NCBI GenBank assembly: GCA_030681555.1
Contig: JAUXRW010000048.1
Coordinates: 1-62,257 of the forward strand
Reading direction: 5' to 3'
DNA length: 62,257 nt
DNA from: Acidimicrobiales bacterium
Lineage (GTDB): Bacteria; Actinomycetota; Acidimicrobiia; Acidimicrobiales; VFJN01
Shown here in pieces: positions 42,186-54,613 of this stretch. A program made the translations under genes and the position numbers. Under the pieces are notes generated by a model. That model was given only the letters and a program-made list of their open reading frames with translations, was not told the origin of the DNA and searched no databases. Numbering within the stretch: the first letter of the stretch is position 1; the number at the start of each line of letters is the position of its first letter.

Positions 42186-42431
42186 TCAGTCGGCTGAGCC
42201 TGCGCAGCTCCTGGCCGTCGCAAGGGCGACGGCCGGGTCGGCGCCCGCCCGCCCCACCAGCCAGCACGCGATCGGCGCAGCGGTCCGGGCCGACCCGTGC
42301 GCCGCCACACCGGCCAGCTCCAGCAGCGTGGCGACCGTGGCCTCGTCCGGAGCCTCCAGGCCGAGGCGAGCAGCGAACGCCGCAATCCACTCCGGCGCAG
42401 AGGGCAGGGGTGCGGCGGCGGGGTCGTCCAT
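42186..42431 (-). CDS. Small conserved protein (DUF6457-like)
   Basis: LLELAGVAAH...RTAAPIACWLVG motif. Confidence 0.75.
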   Translation of the reverse strand: MDDPAAAPLPSAPEWIAAFAARLGLEAPDEATVATLLELAGVAAHGSARTAAPIACWLVGRAGADPAVALATARSCAGSAD

Positions 42432-42587
42432 GTCCTAAATGTACGTCGGACGGGTTTGGCCGCCCTCCCGAAGTGGTAATGGGACGGAGTGGCACGCGCG
42501 CGCTGCAGCGCCTCCTGGGTCCGCCGGCCCGTGCCGGACCGCCCCGCTGTCCCCGGCCCCCCGGCACCCTCTACCCTTGCGGGCACG

Positions 42588-43319
42588 ATGGACCTGCACG
42601 TAGCGCCTCCGATGACCCTCTCGAGGCTCGGGGCACGTCACCGTTGGCTCCTGCCGACCGCCCTCGCCGTCTTCGTCGTCCTGGCCGCCGGCGCCGTCTT
42701 CGACCTCCTGGTGTGGGACGAGCCCCTCACCGACTGGGTGGTCGGCGCCCGTCGGCCCTGGCTCGACGCCATCGTCCGGCGGGTTTCGTTCCTCGGTTCC
42801 ACGAAGGTCGTGCTCGTCGTCGCCGGCGTGGCCGCCCTGGCCTCGGCCAAGCGATGCCCCCGGCTGGCCCTCGCCATCGTCGTGATCGCGCTGGCCCGCC
42901 CGCTGGCCGAGTTCTGCCTGAAGGAGCTCATCAGCCGGGACCGTCCGGCGGGCGACCGGATGGTCAACGGCCGGGGCTACTCGTTCCCCAGCGGCCACCC
43001 CCTCGCCACCGCTGCCAGCTGGTGCCTGCTGCCCCTCGTCGTCAGCCTCTACACGCGCCGCCGGATCCTCTGGTGGTCCGTCGCCATCTCTGCGTGGACG
43101 CTGGTCATCCTCGTGGCGATGAGCCGCGTGTGGCTCGGCGTGCACTGGGGCTCCGACGTGATCGCCGCCATCGCGCTCGCCATCCTCGGCGTGGCCGCCG
43201 CCGAGCGCTTGATCCAGGCCACCCACGGCGGATCGTGCGCGCACCGCTCAAGCGGAGCGGATGCTGACGACGTCGATGAGGATGTGGTCGATCGACCAGT
43301 CCTCGAGACAGCCTCGTAG
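42588..43319 (+). CDS. PAP2 family membrane phosphatase
   Basis: K....RDRP, SFPSGH and SRVWLGVHWGSDV. Confidence 0.93.
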   Translation: MDLHVAPPMTLSRLGARHRWLLPTALAVFVVLAAGAVFDLLVWDEPLTDWVVGARRPWLDAIVRRVSFLGSTKVVLVVAGVAALASAKRCPRLALAIVVIALARPLAEFCLKELISRDRPAGDRMVNGRGYSFPSGHPLATAASWCLLPLVVSLYTRRRILWWSVAISAWTLVILVAMSRVWLGVHWGSDVIAAIALAILGVAAAERLIQATHGGSCAHRSSGADADDVDEDVVDRPVLETAS

Positions 43320-43643
43320 CTGTCGCTGGTTCGTCTCGTCGAGCATGGGCCGGAAGGTCGCTTCGTAGCGCCCGCTGCCCAGCTCCCTGACCGGCCCCTC
43401 CATCTCGGTCCGCGCCACCTCCAGGCGGCAGGCCAGCAGCAGGGTCTCGACCATGTCGCCGAGCGAGCGGCCCCGTTCCGCTCCCTTGCTGCGGGCGTCG
43501 AGGGTCACCACGGCCGTCGTCTTCGGATCGACCCGGTGGTGCGTGGAGAGCGTGGCCTCCTTGAGGGCCAGCACTGCGGCCACGCCCAGCGCGACGCCGA
43601 CGGCGCCGAACGCGAGGACGGGGAGGATCCGCCGCAGCCTCAC
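43248..43643 (-). CDS. Hypothetical exported/membrane-anchored protein
   Basis: N-terminal TM; two Cys (CRLEV, LRGCLED); GTGA-coupled to the upstream gene. Confidence 0.7.
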   Translation of the reverse strand: MRLRRILPVLAFGAVGVALGVAAVLALKEATLSTHHRVDPKTTAVVTLDARSKGAERGRSLGDMVETLLLACRLEVARTEMEGPVRELGSGRYEATFRPMLDETNQRQLRGCLEDWSIDHILIDVVSIRSA

Positions 43644-44161
43644 CGACCGGTGCCGCGGAGGAGCCGGCCGAGGCGGGTGTCGTCGTCGCCGGGAACCTCC
43701 TGCGCAAGCACCGTGGCGTCGGGCACGAGCAGCCCGCCGCTCGGGTAGCTGATCGGCGCCAGCTGGGCCGCCAAGCGCGCCTCACCCGTGGGTGTGGTGG
43801 TCTTGGACGCGAGCCGGTCGACGATCCACGCGACGCCCGACAGAATCACCCCGCCGCCGACGAGGAACGTGATGAACACGCTCATCTGGTTCGGGGCCTC
43901 GCGCATCCACGCGAACCGATCGGCCTCGGCCGGGCGGGAGTCGCGCAGGATCCCGGCGATCTCGGCGTCGATCGGCGGCCGCGCCGCCAGTTGTCCGAGC
44001 TTGCGCAGGATCAGCGCGGTGGCGAGACCGACTTCGGCGATCAGCACGATGAGCCCGAAGAACAGCGCTCGATTCCACTCCCAGCGGTTGAGTGACACGA
44101 CGAGGTAGGCGAGGGCGGTGACGAGCGTGGCGATGCCGGCCAGCCAGGCGATGATCTTCAC
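43640..44161 (-). CDS. Hypothetical 3-TM membrane protein
   Basis: YLVVSLNRWEWNRA plus hydrophobic segments; 4-nt overlaps on both sides. Confidence 0.75.
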   Translation of the reverse strand: MKIIAWLAGIATLVTALAYLVVSLNRWEWNRALFFGLIVLIAEVGLATALILRKLGQLAARPPIDAEIAGILRDSRPAEADRFAWMREAPNQMSVFITFLVGGGVILSGVAWIVDRLASKTTTPTGEARLAAQLAPISYPSGGLLVPDATVLAQEVPGDDDTRLGRLLRGTGR

Positions 44162-46260
44162 GCCGCCGGCTCCCCGTCATCCACGGTGACCCGGCCCGTG
44201 TCGCCGTCGACCACGACCATCGTGCCCTCCGGGAGGTCGTCGACGGCCTGGGCGTAGCCGACCACCGTGGCGACGCCGGCCTCGCGGGCGAGGATCGCCA
44301 GGTGGGAGAGGACCGAGCCCGTCTCGGCCACGATGCCCCGGAGCTCCGAGAGCAGCGGACCGAGCCCGGGGGTGAGCGTGGTGGTCACCAGGACCGAGCC
44401 GGCCGGCGGGTTCGTCGCGTCGTAGGTGACCCGGCCTCGGCCGATGCCGCCGCCCGCCCCCGTGCCGCCGCCGACCTCGCTGTCGCACTGCACCCGGATG
44501 GGGTGGTTGGTGTCGGACACCTGGAACCAGGCGGGGAGGGCCGCGCCGAAGTCGTGGTGGTGGGGCTGCACGAGGCTCGGCACCACGACCGCCCGCTTCG
44601 TGGCGATCGCCTCGAGGTGTCCGAGGGTGAGGTGGCGCACGAGCTCCGGGTCGGTGAGCTGGCCGGCGGCGGACAGCCGCGTGCCGAGCTCCCAGGCCGC
44701 CCGGCCCGTGAGCTCCTGGACCCACCGCACCCGGAGGCGCAGGGCTTCGCGGAGGATGCCGTTGTCGGTGCCCTCGTGGTGGCCCGGGCTGATGCTCACC
44801 GCGGTGGCGTCGGCGGGTAGCAGCGCTCGCGGCGCGACCCTGGGCGGCGTGAGCGCGAGCACCACTGGGCTGCGCTCGAGGATCTCTGCGTCGGTGAGCC
44901 CGTCCTGGCGGCCCTCCACCAGCACCCGCAGCGCCACCGACGAGCCGGTCATCTTGTTCTCGCCGGTGTCGGTGAGCATGCCCATGAGGATCTCGTGCGC
45001 ATGGAGCGCTCGGAGGACCCCGCGGCTGCGGTGGAGGAGGGCGATGATCTGCCGGTCGGTCAGCTCGGCCATCGCCGGCACGGCCCGCAGGTCGGCGTCG
45101 GTGCGATCGAGGAGGTGCTCGGCCAGGGCCGGGAGCGCGGCGCGGAGGCGGCCGACGCGCCATGCGCCCCGCAAGCGGTGCAGGCCCGGCAGCGGGTTCA
45201 TCCGCGACCGGAGCGTGCGTCGAGGCGCGAGGTCGCCCGTGAGGTGCAGGTCGATCCCGACGTGGCCGCGCAGCACCACGACCACCTCGCTGGCCTCGAC
45301 GTCGCGCCGGGTGGCGGTGCCCGCGAGGAGCACCGCCACCCGCACGGCCTCGCGCAGGGGCGGCACCCAGAGGTCGTCCTCGAGCTCGGTGAGCGGCTCC
45401 GGGAAGGTCTCGGCCACGGGGCCGGGGCCGTAGACGCGCCCTTGCGGGATCCCTCGCACCTCGGACGTCACCGGTCGGCTCTGCAGCAGCCACAGCTGCC
45501 CGTCCTCGGCGATCGCCCACTCGACGTCCTGCGGGCGGCCGAACTCCTCGGCCACGCGCTCGGCCAGGCGTACGAGCTGCAGGAGGTGCACCTTCGACAG
45601 GTCGGGCCCGTCGTTGCGGTCGTGATCGACCACGCGTCCGTCGGGATCGACGACGTAGCGGGATCCGTTGATCGCGCCGCTCACGAGCGGCTCGGGGCCG
45701 CCCCGCACCGCGGACACGACCCGGCGATCGCTGCGCCCCGACACCGGGTCGACCCCGAAGAGCACGCCGCCTAGGGCGGGCTCGATGAGCGGCTGGACGA
45801 GCACAGCGATCGGTCCGCCGACCCCGGCGCGGGTGCGCGAGTCGAGGACGACCTGGACGGAGGCGGCGAAGTCCGCCAGCCCGTTGATGCCGATGACGGA
45901 GTCGAACTGCCCGGCCATCGACGACTCGGGGGTGTCCTCCAGCGTGGAGGAGCTGCGCACGACCAGCGGATGGTCGGCGCCGCCGGCTCGCTCGAACGCC
46001 TCCGGCACGGCGCCGTGGGCGGCGATCGAGCCGCCGTGGTCGATGGCGTCGGCGAACGCGGTGGTGAGGACGACGCCCGGCAGGGTGGCGATCCCGGCCC
46101 GATGCGCCCTCGCCAGTGCGGCGGCCTTGGCGCCGACGACCGCAGACTCGACGGCCACGTCGTCGTGCAGTCCGACGACGAAGGCCTCGCCGACGGCGAC
46201 GCAGGGCTCGGCGTCCGTGCGGACCGCTGCAGCGTCAAGAGAGATCCGAGCATCGCTCAT
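44158..46260 (-). CDS. PEP-utiliser / PPDK-type phosphotransferase (rifamycin-phosphotransferase-like architecture)
   Basis: ATP-grasp GAKAAAL, VRSSSTLED..SMAGQF, DVEWA..LLQSRPVT; C-terminal phospho-His swivel GSVLSHLAILARE. Confidence 0.88.
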   Translation of the reverse strand: MSDARISLDAAAVRTDAEPCVAVGEAFVVGLHDDVAVESAVVGAKAAALARAHRAGIATLPGVVLTTAFADAIDHGGSIAAHGAVPEAFERAGGADHPLVVRSSSTLEDTPESSMAGQFDSVIGINGLADFAASVQVVLDSRTRAGVGGPIAVLVQPLIEPALGGVLFGVDPVSGRSDRRVVSAVRGGPEPLVSGAINGSRYVVDPDGRVVDHDRNDGPDLSKVHLLQLVRLAERVAEEFGRPQDVEWAIAEDGQLWLLQSRPVTSEVRGIPQGRVYGPGPVAETFPEPLTELEDDLWVPPLREAVRVAVLLAGTATRRDVEASEVVVVLRGHVGIDLHLTGDLAPRRTLRSRMNPLPGLHRLRGAWRVGRLRAALPALAEHLLDRTDADLRAVPAMAELTDRQIIALLHRSRGVLRALHAHEILMGMLTDTGENKMTGSSVALRVLVEGRQDGLTDAEILERSPVVLALTPPRVAPRALLPADATAVSISPGHHEGTDNGILREALRLRVRWVQELTGRAAWELGTRLSAAGQLTDPELVRHLTLGHLEAIATKRAVVVPSLVQPHHHDFGAALPAWFQVSDTNHPIRVQCDSEVGGGTGAGGGIGRGRVTYDATNPPAGSVLVTTTLTPGLGPLLSELRGIVAETGSVLSHLAILAREAGVATVVGYAQAVDDLPEGTMVVVDGDTGRVTVDDGEPAA

Positions 46261-46407
46261 CGGTACACCTCCCTTCCCACGCCTGGCCCAACCGCCCTTC
46301 GGTGGCCAGTGTTCCCTGCCGCCGTGTCAGGGAGTGCCCACATTGTGCCCTTCCGTCGCCGACGATGCTCGGGATTGCACCGTGGGGCCGGTCCCTAGGC
46401 TGCAGAG

Positions 46408-46827
46408 GTGGTCGACGATCCCGGGTTCGTGCGCGTGTCGGGCTCGCTCCGGATCCCGGTCAGCGAGCTGACCTGGCGGTTCAGCCGGTCCGGCGGACCG
46501 GGCGGGCAGCACGCCAACACCGCGGACACGCGGGTCGAGGTCCGCTTCCACGTCGGTCAGTCGCCCTCCCTCGGGCCGCGGCAGCGGCAGCGCCTGCTGG
46601 AGCGGTTGGGCGCGGAGGTGCGGGTCGTGGCCTCGGACGAGCGCTCCCAGGCACAGAACCGCGACCTCGCCGTCCGCCGTCTGGCCGAGCGGCTCGCGGA
46701 GGGGCTCCGGGTGGAGAAGCCGCGACGCGCCACCCGGCCCAGCAAGGGCAGCGTCGAGCGGCGGCTCGACGCGAAGCGCCGGCAGTCGACCCGCAAGGCC
46801 GACCGGCGTCGGCCTCCGCTCGACTGA
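46408..46827 (+). CDS. arfB: Alternative ribosome-rescue peptidyl-tRNA hydrolase ArfB
   Basis: SRSGGPGGQHAN, RSQAQNR and basic tail; TAGGCT-N6-GTG start. Confidence 0.95.
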   Translation: MVDDPGFVRVSGSLRIPVSELTWRFSRSGGPGGQHANTADTRVEVRFHVGQSPSLGPRQRQRLLERLGAEVRVVASDERSQAQNRDLAVRRLAERLAEGLRVEKPRRATRPSKGSVERRLDAKRRQSTRKADRRRPPLD

Positions 46828-46831
46828 TCAG

Positions 46832-47485
46832 TCAGTCGACGGCGGCCAAGCGCCCGACCGCGGCGGTGAAGGCCTCGGTGGCGAGGGCCCCGACCTCCTC
46901 GCGAGGCAGGTCGAGCCCGAGCACGGCGACCAGCTGACCGATGCCCCCCCGGTGGAACACGGCGAGGTCGATCCGCAGCGACCCGGAGCCCGCGGACACG
47001 CCGTGGCGCGTGACGTGGTCATCGGTGCCCGCGGCCACGACCTCGTCGAGGGCCGGCGGCACCGCCTCGTAGGTGAAGGCGAGGCCGGTCACGTCGGGCA
47101 CCCCGCTGCAGCGGTCGAGGATGGCGCGCGACTGCCGGACGAACTCTGCCGCGCCGCCGTCGCGGAACCGGAAGACCAGCTGGATCACGGACGCACCCGC
47201 CGGAGCGCGGGTGAAGCCGATCAGGGCACGACCGGACGCCTGCAGCCCCGCGGTCGCATCCTCGCCGGCGCAGAACGCGGTGATCGTGTCGTCCACGTCG
47301 GCGGCTGGGCTGAAGCCGGCGGGCAGGTCGGAGGCCGCGAGGGCCAGCCCGGCGAGCGACGGGTCCTGTGGGATGGAGACCGAGGTCGTGGTGGGCGCGG
47401 TCGACGACGACGACGGCGCACCGTGGTCGTCGTCCGAGCAGGCCACCACGAGCAGGAGCAGCCCGGCGAGCACGGCACGGCCCAC
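46832..47485 (-). CDS. Hypothetical lipoprotein
   Basis: Lipobox LVVAC, Ser/Thr linker, L..SDLPAGF and two Cys. Start approximate. Confidence 0.72.
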   Translation of the reverse strand: MGRAVLAGLLLLVVACSDDDHGAPSSSSTAPTTTSVSIPQDPSLAGLALAASDLPAGFSPAADVDDTITAFCAGEDATAGLQASGRALIGFTRAPAGASVIQLVFRFRDGGAAEFVRQSRAILDRCSGVPDVTGLAFTYEAVPPALDEVVAAGTDDHVTRHGVSAGSGSLRIDLAVFHRGGIGQLVAVLGLDLPREEVGALATEAFTAAVGRLAAVD

Positions 47486-47522
47486 GGCGGCTCGAGCACC
47501 CGTGGTCGGTAGCCTGCGCCCC

Positions 47523-47729
47523 ATGTTCCTGGGAGAGGACCTGCTGGCGTACCTCGTGCTCGCGATCGGCGGCGCGATGGCGGTCGGCAGCGTCGCAGCC
47601 CTCGTGCGCCCGCCGGCCCGTCGGGGCGACGGCGACCTCGACCGGGCACCCGTCGCGCGCAGCCTCGTGTTCGCGGCGATCGGCGCGGTCGGCGCCGTGT
47701 GGGCTCTGGCCAGCCTCATCTCGGGCTAG
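47523..47729 (+). CDS. Small 2-TM membrane protein
   Basis: MFLGEDLLAYLVLAIGGAM...; TAGCCT-N7-ATG start. Confidence 0.72.
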   Translation: MFLGEDLLAYLVLAIGGAMAVGSVAALVRPPARRGDGDLDRAPVARSLVFAAIGAVGAVWALASLISG

Positions 47730-47734
47730 GGCCG

Positions 47735-49066
47735 TCAGATGCGGTCGAGGTGGAGGCCCAGCGACACGAGCGTGCCGTAGGGGTCGTTGTAGCCCCGCTC
47801 GAGGTGGTGGATGCCGTGCAGCACGGAGGAGCCCTCCGCGGCCGCGGCAGCGATCACCGACGAGAACCCCGCTCGCACGTCAGGGATCGTGACCTCGGCC
47901 CCCTGCAGCTTCGACACGCCCCGGACCACTGCGGAGTGCAGGGCGGACGAGTCGTGGAAGCGGCACGCGGGGCCGCCGAGGCAGGTGTCGAACAGCTCGA
48001 TCTCACCGCCCATGGCCTTCACGGCGTCCACGTAGCCGAGGCGGTCCTCGTACACGGTCTCGTGGAGCACCGACATGCCCCCGGCCTGCGTCATGAGGAC
48101 GATGAGGGGCGGCTGCCAGTCCGTCATGAACCCCGGGTGGGTGTCGGTCTGCACCGCAGCGGGGTTGAGGCGGGTGGCCGAGGCGCTGATCCAGGTGTCG
48201 TTGATGGTGAAGTGCGCGCCCATGCGCTGCAGCGTGTTGATGGCCGTGACCAGCCGGTCCTGGTTGCACCCGGCGACGCGCACCTCTCCGCGGGTCATGA
48301 GGCCGGCGACGAGGTAGCTGAAGGCCTCGAGGCGGTCGCCTTGGAGACGGGCCTCGGCCCCCTCGAGCCGCTCCACGCCCTCGATGACGAAGCGTCGGTC
48401 GGGCCGGAGGGCGATGTGGGCGCCCATCCGTTGGAGGAAGAGCGCCAGCTCCACCACCTCGGGCTCTGTCGCAGCGTTGTGCAGGACGGTGCGCCCCTCG
48501 GCGAGGACGGCGCAGAGCAGCACCGTCTCCGTCGCGCCGACCGACGGGTACGGCAGCGTGATGCGCGTGCCCTTGAGGCGTCCCTTCATGCGCGCCGTGA
48601 TGCCATGGGGCTGCACCTCGACCTCGGCCCCCATCTGCTGGAGGGCGCTGACGTGGAAGTCCACCGGTCGCCGGCCGATGCGGTCGCCGCCGACGAGAGG
48701 GACGAAGGCCTCGTGGGCGCGATGGAGCAGGGGCCCGAGGAGGAGGATCGGGATGCGGTTGAGCCCGGAGAACTCGAGCGGCACGCGGGGGGTGGGCTCG
48801 TCGGTCGGGACCACCGTGATGGCATGCCCGTCGATGGCGACCTCCAGGCCGATCGACCGGAGGATGTCCGCCGTGATGCCGACGTCGCCCACCGCAGGGG
48901 CGTTGGTGATCGTGGACGGTGAGTCGGCCATGAGGGCCGCCACCATGTGCTTCGTGACCGCGTTCTTCGAGCCGGCCACCTCGACGTCGCCGCGCAGCGG
49001 GCCCGTGGGTTCGATGCGCCAGGCGGCGCCAGGGTCCACGGCGGACGCGGGGGTGGGGGCGTCCAT
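47735..49066 (-). CDS. murA: UDP-N-acetylglucosamine 1-carboxyvinyltransferase (Cys-to-Asp type)
   Basis: GSKNA, GGDRIGRRPVDFH, PSVGATE, HPGFMTD and HLERGY. Confidence 0.95.
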   Translation of the reverse strand: MDAPTPASAVDPGAAWRIEPTGPLRGDVEVAGSKNAVTKHMVAALMADSPSTITNAPAVGDVGITADILRSIGLEVAIDGHAITVVPTDEPTPRVPLEFSGLNRIPILLLGPLLHRAHEAFVPLVGGDRIGRRPVDFHVSALQQMGAEVEVQPHGITARMKGRLKGTRITLPYPSVGATETVLLCAVLAEGRTVLHNAATEPEVVELALFLQRMGAHIALRPDRRFVIEGVERLEGAEARLQGDRLEAFSYLVAGLMTRGEVRVAGCNQDRLVTAINTLQRMGAHFTINDTWISASATRLNPAAVQTDTHPGFMTDWQPPLIVLMTQAGGMSVLHETVYEDRLGYVDAVKAMGGEIELFDTCLGGPACRFHDSSALHSAVVRGVSKLQGAEVTIPDVRAGFSSVIAAAAAEGSSVLHGIHHLERGYNDPYGTLVSLGLHLDRI

Positions 49067-49200
49067 CGCCCGAGGCTACTGCGCCGCCCAGCCCCGGTAC
49101 CCTCCCAAGGTCGGTTGCTCTCCCCGTCGGCGGGTGGGGCGGCGAGGGGGCCACCATGCGGTGAGCCCCTCGCCGCGAGCAATGCTGGCGGACGGAGCGG

Positions 49201-51666
<2,466 letters not shown>

Positions 51667-51670
<4 letters not shown>

Positions 51671-52716
51671 CTCGAGGACTCGTCGTCCTCGTAGCGGTAG
51701 CGGAACGGGAAGCGGCTCCGGCCTGCGGCCCGTGGCGGCGGAGGAGCGGGCAACACGTCTGGGTCGGGCCCTTCGTCGGACGCCACCTCGCCGGCGTTGT
51801 CGGGAGCGTCGCCGGGGTGGGACAAGAACGAGAAAGCCCTCGTGCGAGCGCCGGTCTCCTCGTCCTCGGCGGGGAGCACGTCGCCGGACGGGTCAAGCTC
51901 CGCGTCCTGCACCGAGACGTCCTGCGGCGCCCACGGCAACGGCTCGATCTCCTCTTCTGGCGCCTCGTCGTGCGCGCCGGCCGCGGGGAGATCCGCTGGT
52001 CCGACCGACGGCTCCGGCTCGTCGAGCAGGAGCTCGTCTGCGAGCCCAGTCGCCTGGGCGGGGTCCGGCTCTGTTCCGGCCTCGTCAGCCTCTGCGGCGC
52101 TGCCGTCGTCGGTGGCTGCGCCGGGGGCCTCGCCAGCCGGCGCCGCAGGGGCGTCCTCGCCGGCTGCCGTGGCCGCTTCGGCACCGGGCGCCTCGTCATC
52201 GGGGCTGATCGCTGCTTCCTCCTCGAGGCCCTCGGTGCCGGTGCCCCCGAGGCTGCCCTCCGCTGCGGCGTCCTCGGGCTGGCTCTGCGTGGCCACGGGA
52301 CGGATGGCCTGCGTTCCGGCGGCCGGCACCACGTAGAGGGTGAGCGCCCGGACCAGCTCGTCGTCGAGGTAGAGGCGCACCTGGTGCGTGCCCCAGGTGC
52401 GGGCCCGCACGCCGGTGATGGACAGCACGAGCGGCACCTGCTGCACCTCGTGGGGGAACAGGCCCTCGTCGCTCACCCTGAAGAGGTTCTGCAGCTCCGC
52501 CAGCACCGTGCCGTGTCGGTTGATCACCTCGGCCCGCAGCGTGTGCTCCATGCCCGCGTCTTCCAGCGGGACCTCGATGACCAGGCCGACCATGAGGCCG
52601 AGGGGCGACGGCAGCTCCTGTCGGTAGAGCCGGGAGACGGCGCCCGACGAGCAGAAGAGCAGGCGGTCGCGCACCTGTGCGAAGTCGCAGAGCACGGCGG
52701 TGCTTAGGTCGAGCAT
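51667..52716 (-). CDS. Hypothetical protein: ~130-aa beta-rich domain plus long acidic disordered tail
   Basis: N-terminal LCDFAQVRD..LF domain (DUF6941-like); Glu/Asp/Ala/Pro tail. Confidence 0.7.
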
Positions 52717-52813
52717 CGGATCGTCACCTCGGTGGTCGCGTGGTCGGAGGGTCGGTCGGCCCCGCGCGAGCGGACTCGTGCAGGCGCCGCCCGGTCGAGC
52801 CCGACCGGGGCTC

Positions 52814-54613
52814 TCAGGGCGCTGCCGCCATCGCGGTGGGATCGTGGTCGGCCCGCCAGCCTACGGCGGGGGGCGCGGTCCATCCGAACTCCCGGCCGAG
52901 AACAGCGGCGATCGGCGCCGCCTCGCCCGCATCGAGGAGCGGCGCCAGCTCGTCGACGACGTGCTCGGCGATCGGCAGGGCGCTGCCCGGGAGGGCCAGG
53001 GGCCCCTCGCGCACCGCCGCCAGCACGAGCTCTGCCCGGGCGACCTTGGCGGCGGACGGCCCGTCGAGCACGAGCTCGGCCCCGCCCGCACGGTCGCGCA
53101 CCGCGCGGCCGCCCTGCACGACGTCCCAGATGCGATGTCGTGCGCCGCGCCAGACCTCGGCCAGCTGCAGCTCGTCGTCCGGCAGCAGGTGGCGCCGTTG
53201 GTCGACGAACCGGTCGAACACGCCGCCCTCGGCCAGGCAGAGCTCGGTGACCGCCGGATCGCATGCAGCCGCGATCACGCGCGCGGGCGCGTCCTCTGGA
53301 GCGTGCACGCCGGCGTGGGCGACGGCGACGGCGAAGAGGACGGCGCGCTGTGGCGGGCGCTGCAGGAACATCACGGCCTTCGCGTGCAGCCACGGCGCAC
53401 GGGAGGCGAGGTCGTGCCCGTTGAGGCGGAGGCAGCACTGCTTGTGCTTGCGGCCCGACCCGCACCAGCAGGGCTCGTTGCGCCCGACCAGGCGCGGCCC
53501 ACTGGCCGTGTAGCGAGCCAGCAGCTGGGCGTCGGGATCGTCGTTCGGCACGTGCGCAGCGCGGAGCAAGGCCGACGCCTCGCGGGCGTCCCCGCGATCC
53601 GACGCGAACCACGCGGCGTCCACGAGGGCCGCCGGAACCTGGCCGCTGCGCGTGGCATGGGCGAGGGCCGAGGCGTGGTCGGCGGGATCGCCCCGCCACT
53701 CGGCGAGGCGGAGGTGGAGGAAGGCCAGTCCCGGATTGCTGTCGTCGCCCACGGCGGCGCGCAGGCGGCCCAGGAGCAGTTCGAGCCGGTCGGGGTCGAC
53801 CAGCTCGCCTCCCACCACCTGCTCGGCCAGCGCAGAGACGGCGCCCGGATCGTGGAGCGCAGCCAGCACCTCGGTCTCGACGGGAGCCGCTGGGTCCGTG
53901 GTGAGGACGGCACCGAGGAGGCGCTCGGCGGCAAGCGACGATTCGAGCCCGAGGCCCGGGACGCCGACCGCTTCTTCCGCCTTCGCCGCCGGGCGGACAT
54001 CGGCTCGGTGGACGGTGGTGCCGTCGACATCGAGCCCGGACGCGTGCAGGAGGTCGCGAATCGGTGCCGGCGTGGTGCCGAAGAGCCCAGGCTGGTCGAT
54101 CAGCAGGTGCAGCAGGAGGTCCAGCAGGGGGACGGGGTGACCGCCGCCGATCCGCTGGAAGGTGGCGGTCATCGCAGCGGCGTCGACGGGGGTGTGGACC
54201 ACCGGTGCATCCCAACGGACGAGGAGGTCGCTCCCGGCGACGCTCAGGAGCACGGTGCCCCCGGCCGGCGCCCCGTCGAGCCAACCGTCAGGGCCCCGGA
54301 GTACGAGCCGTGGCGCGCCGCGCTGGCCCACCTCACCCGCGTCGAGCCTGGCCACCCGGACCTCGCCGCCCGAGCTGAGGGTGTAGTGGTGGGAGAACGC
54401 CGCGACCGGCGCGAAGTCGGGGACGACATCGAGCCACCCGGAGACGAGCTCGGCCTGGGTCACCCGGTGGGCGAACCACCGGTCCTGGACGAGACGGTCG
54501 TTGACCACCATCTGGCGGCCGGGTGCCAGCCACGCGCCGGCGGTGATCTCGTCCATCGACGCCAGGTCGAGCGGATCCCCCGAGGGCTCGGGCGTCAGGT
54601 CGGCCTCCGTCAT
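52814..54613 (-). CDS. SEC-C motif domain protein
   Basis: Internal GRNEPCWCGSGRKHKQCC. Confidence 0.85.
   Translation of the reverse strand: MTEADLTPEPSGDPLDLASMDEITAGAWLAPGRQMVVNDRLVQDRWFAHRVTQAELVSGWLDVVPDFAPVAAFSHHYTLSSGGEVRVARLDAGEVGQRGAPRLVLRGPDGWLDGAPAGGTVLLSVAGSDLLVRWDAPVVHTPVDAAAMTATFQRIGGGHPVPLLDLLLHLLIDQPGLFGTTPAPIRDLLHASGLDVDGTTVHRADVRPAAKAEEAVGVPGLGLESSLAAERLLGAVLTTDPAAPVETEVLAALHDPGAVSALAEQVVGGELVDPDRLELLLGRLRAAVGDDSNPGLAFLHLRLAEWRGDPADHASALAHATRSGQVPAALVDAAWFASDRGDAREASALLRAAHVPNDDPDAQLLARYTASGPRLVGRNEPCWCGSGRKHKQCCLRLNGHDLASRAPWLHAKAVMFLQRPPQRAVLFAVAVAHAGVHAPEDAPARVIAAACDPAVTELCLAEGGVFDRFVDQRRHLLPDDELQLAEVWRGARHRIWDVVQGGRAVRDRAGGAELVLDGPSAAKVARAELVLAAVREGPLALPGSALPIAEHVVDELAPLLDAGEAAPIAAVLGREFGWTAPPAVGWRADHDPTAMAAAP

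Noticed and set aside
44158-46260. Calling the gene rph (rifamycin resistance) or ppsA
   Set aside because: The domain order fits RPH, but the middle domain is not recognisable and no RAE was seen; it lacks the C-terminal PEP-binding barrel of PpsA.
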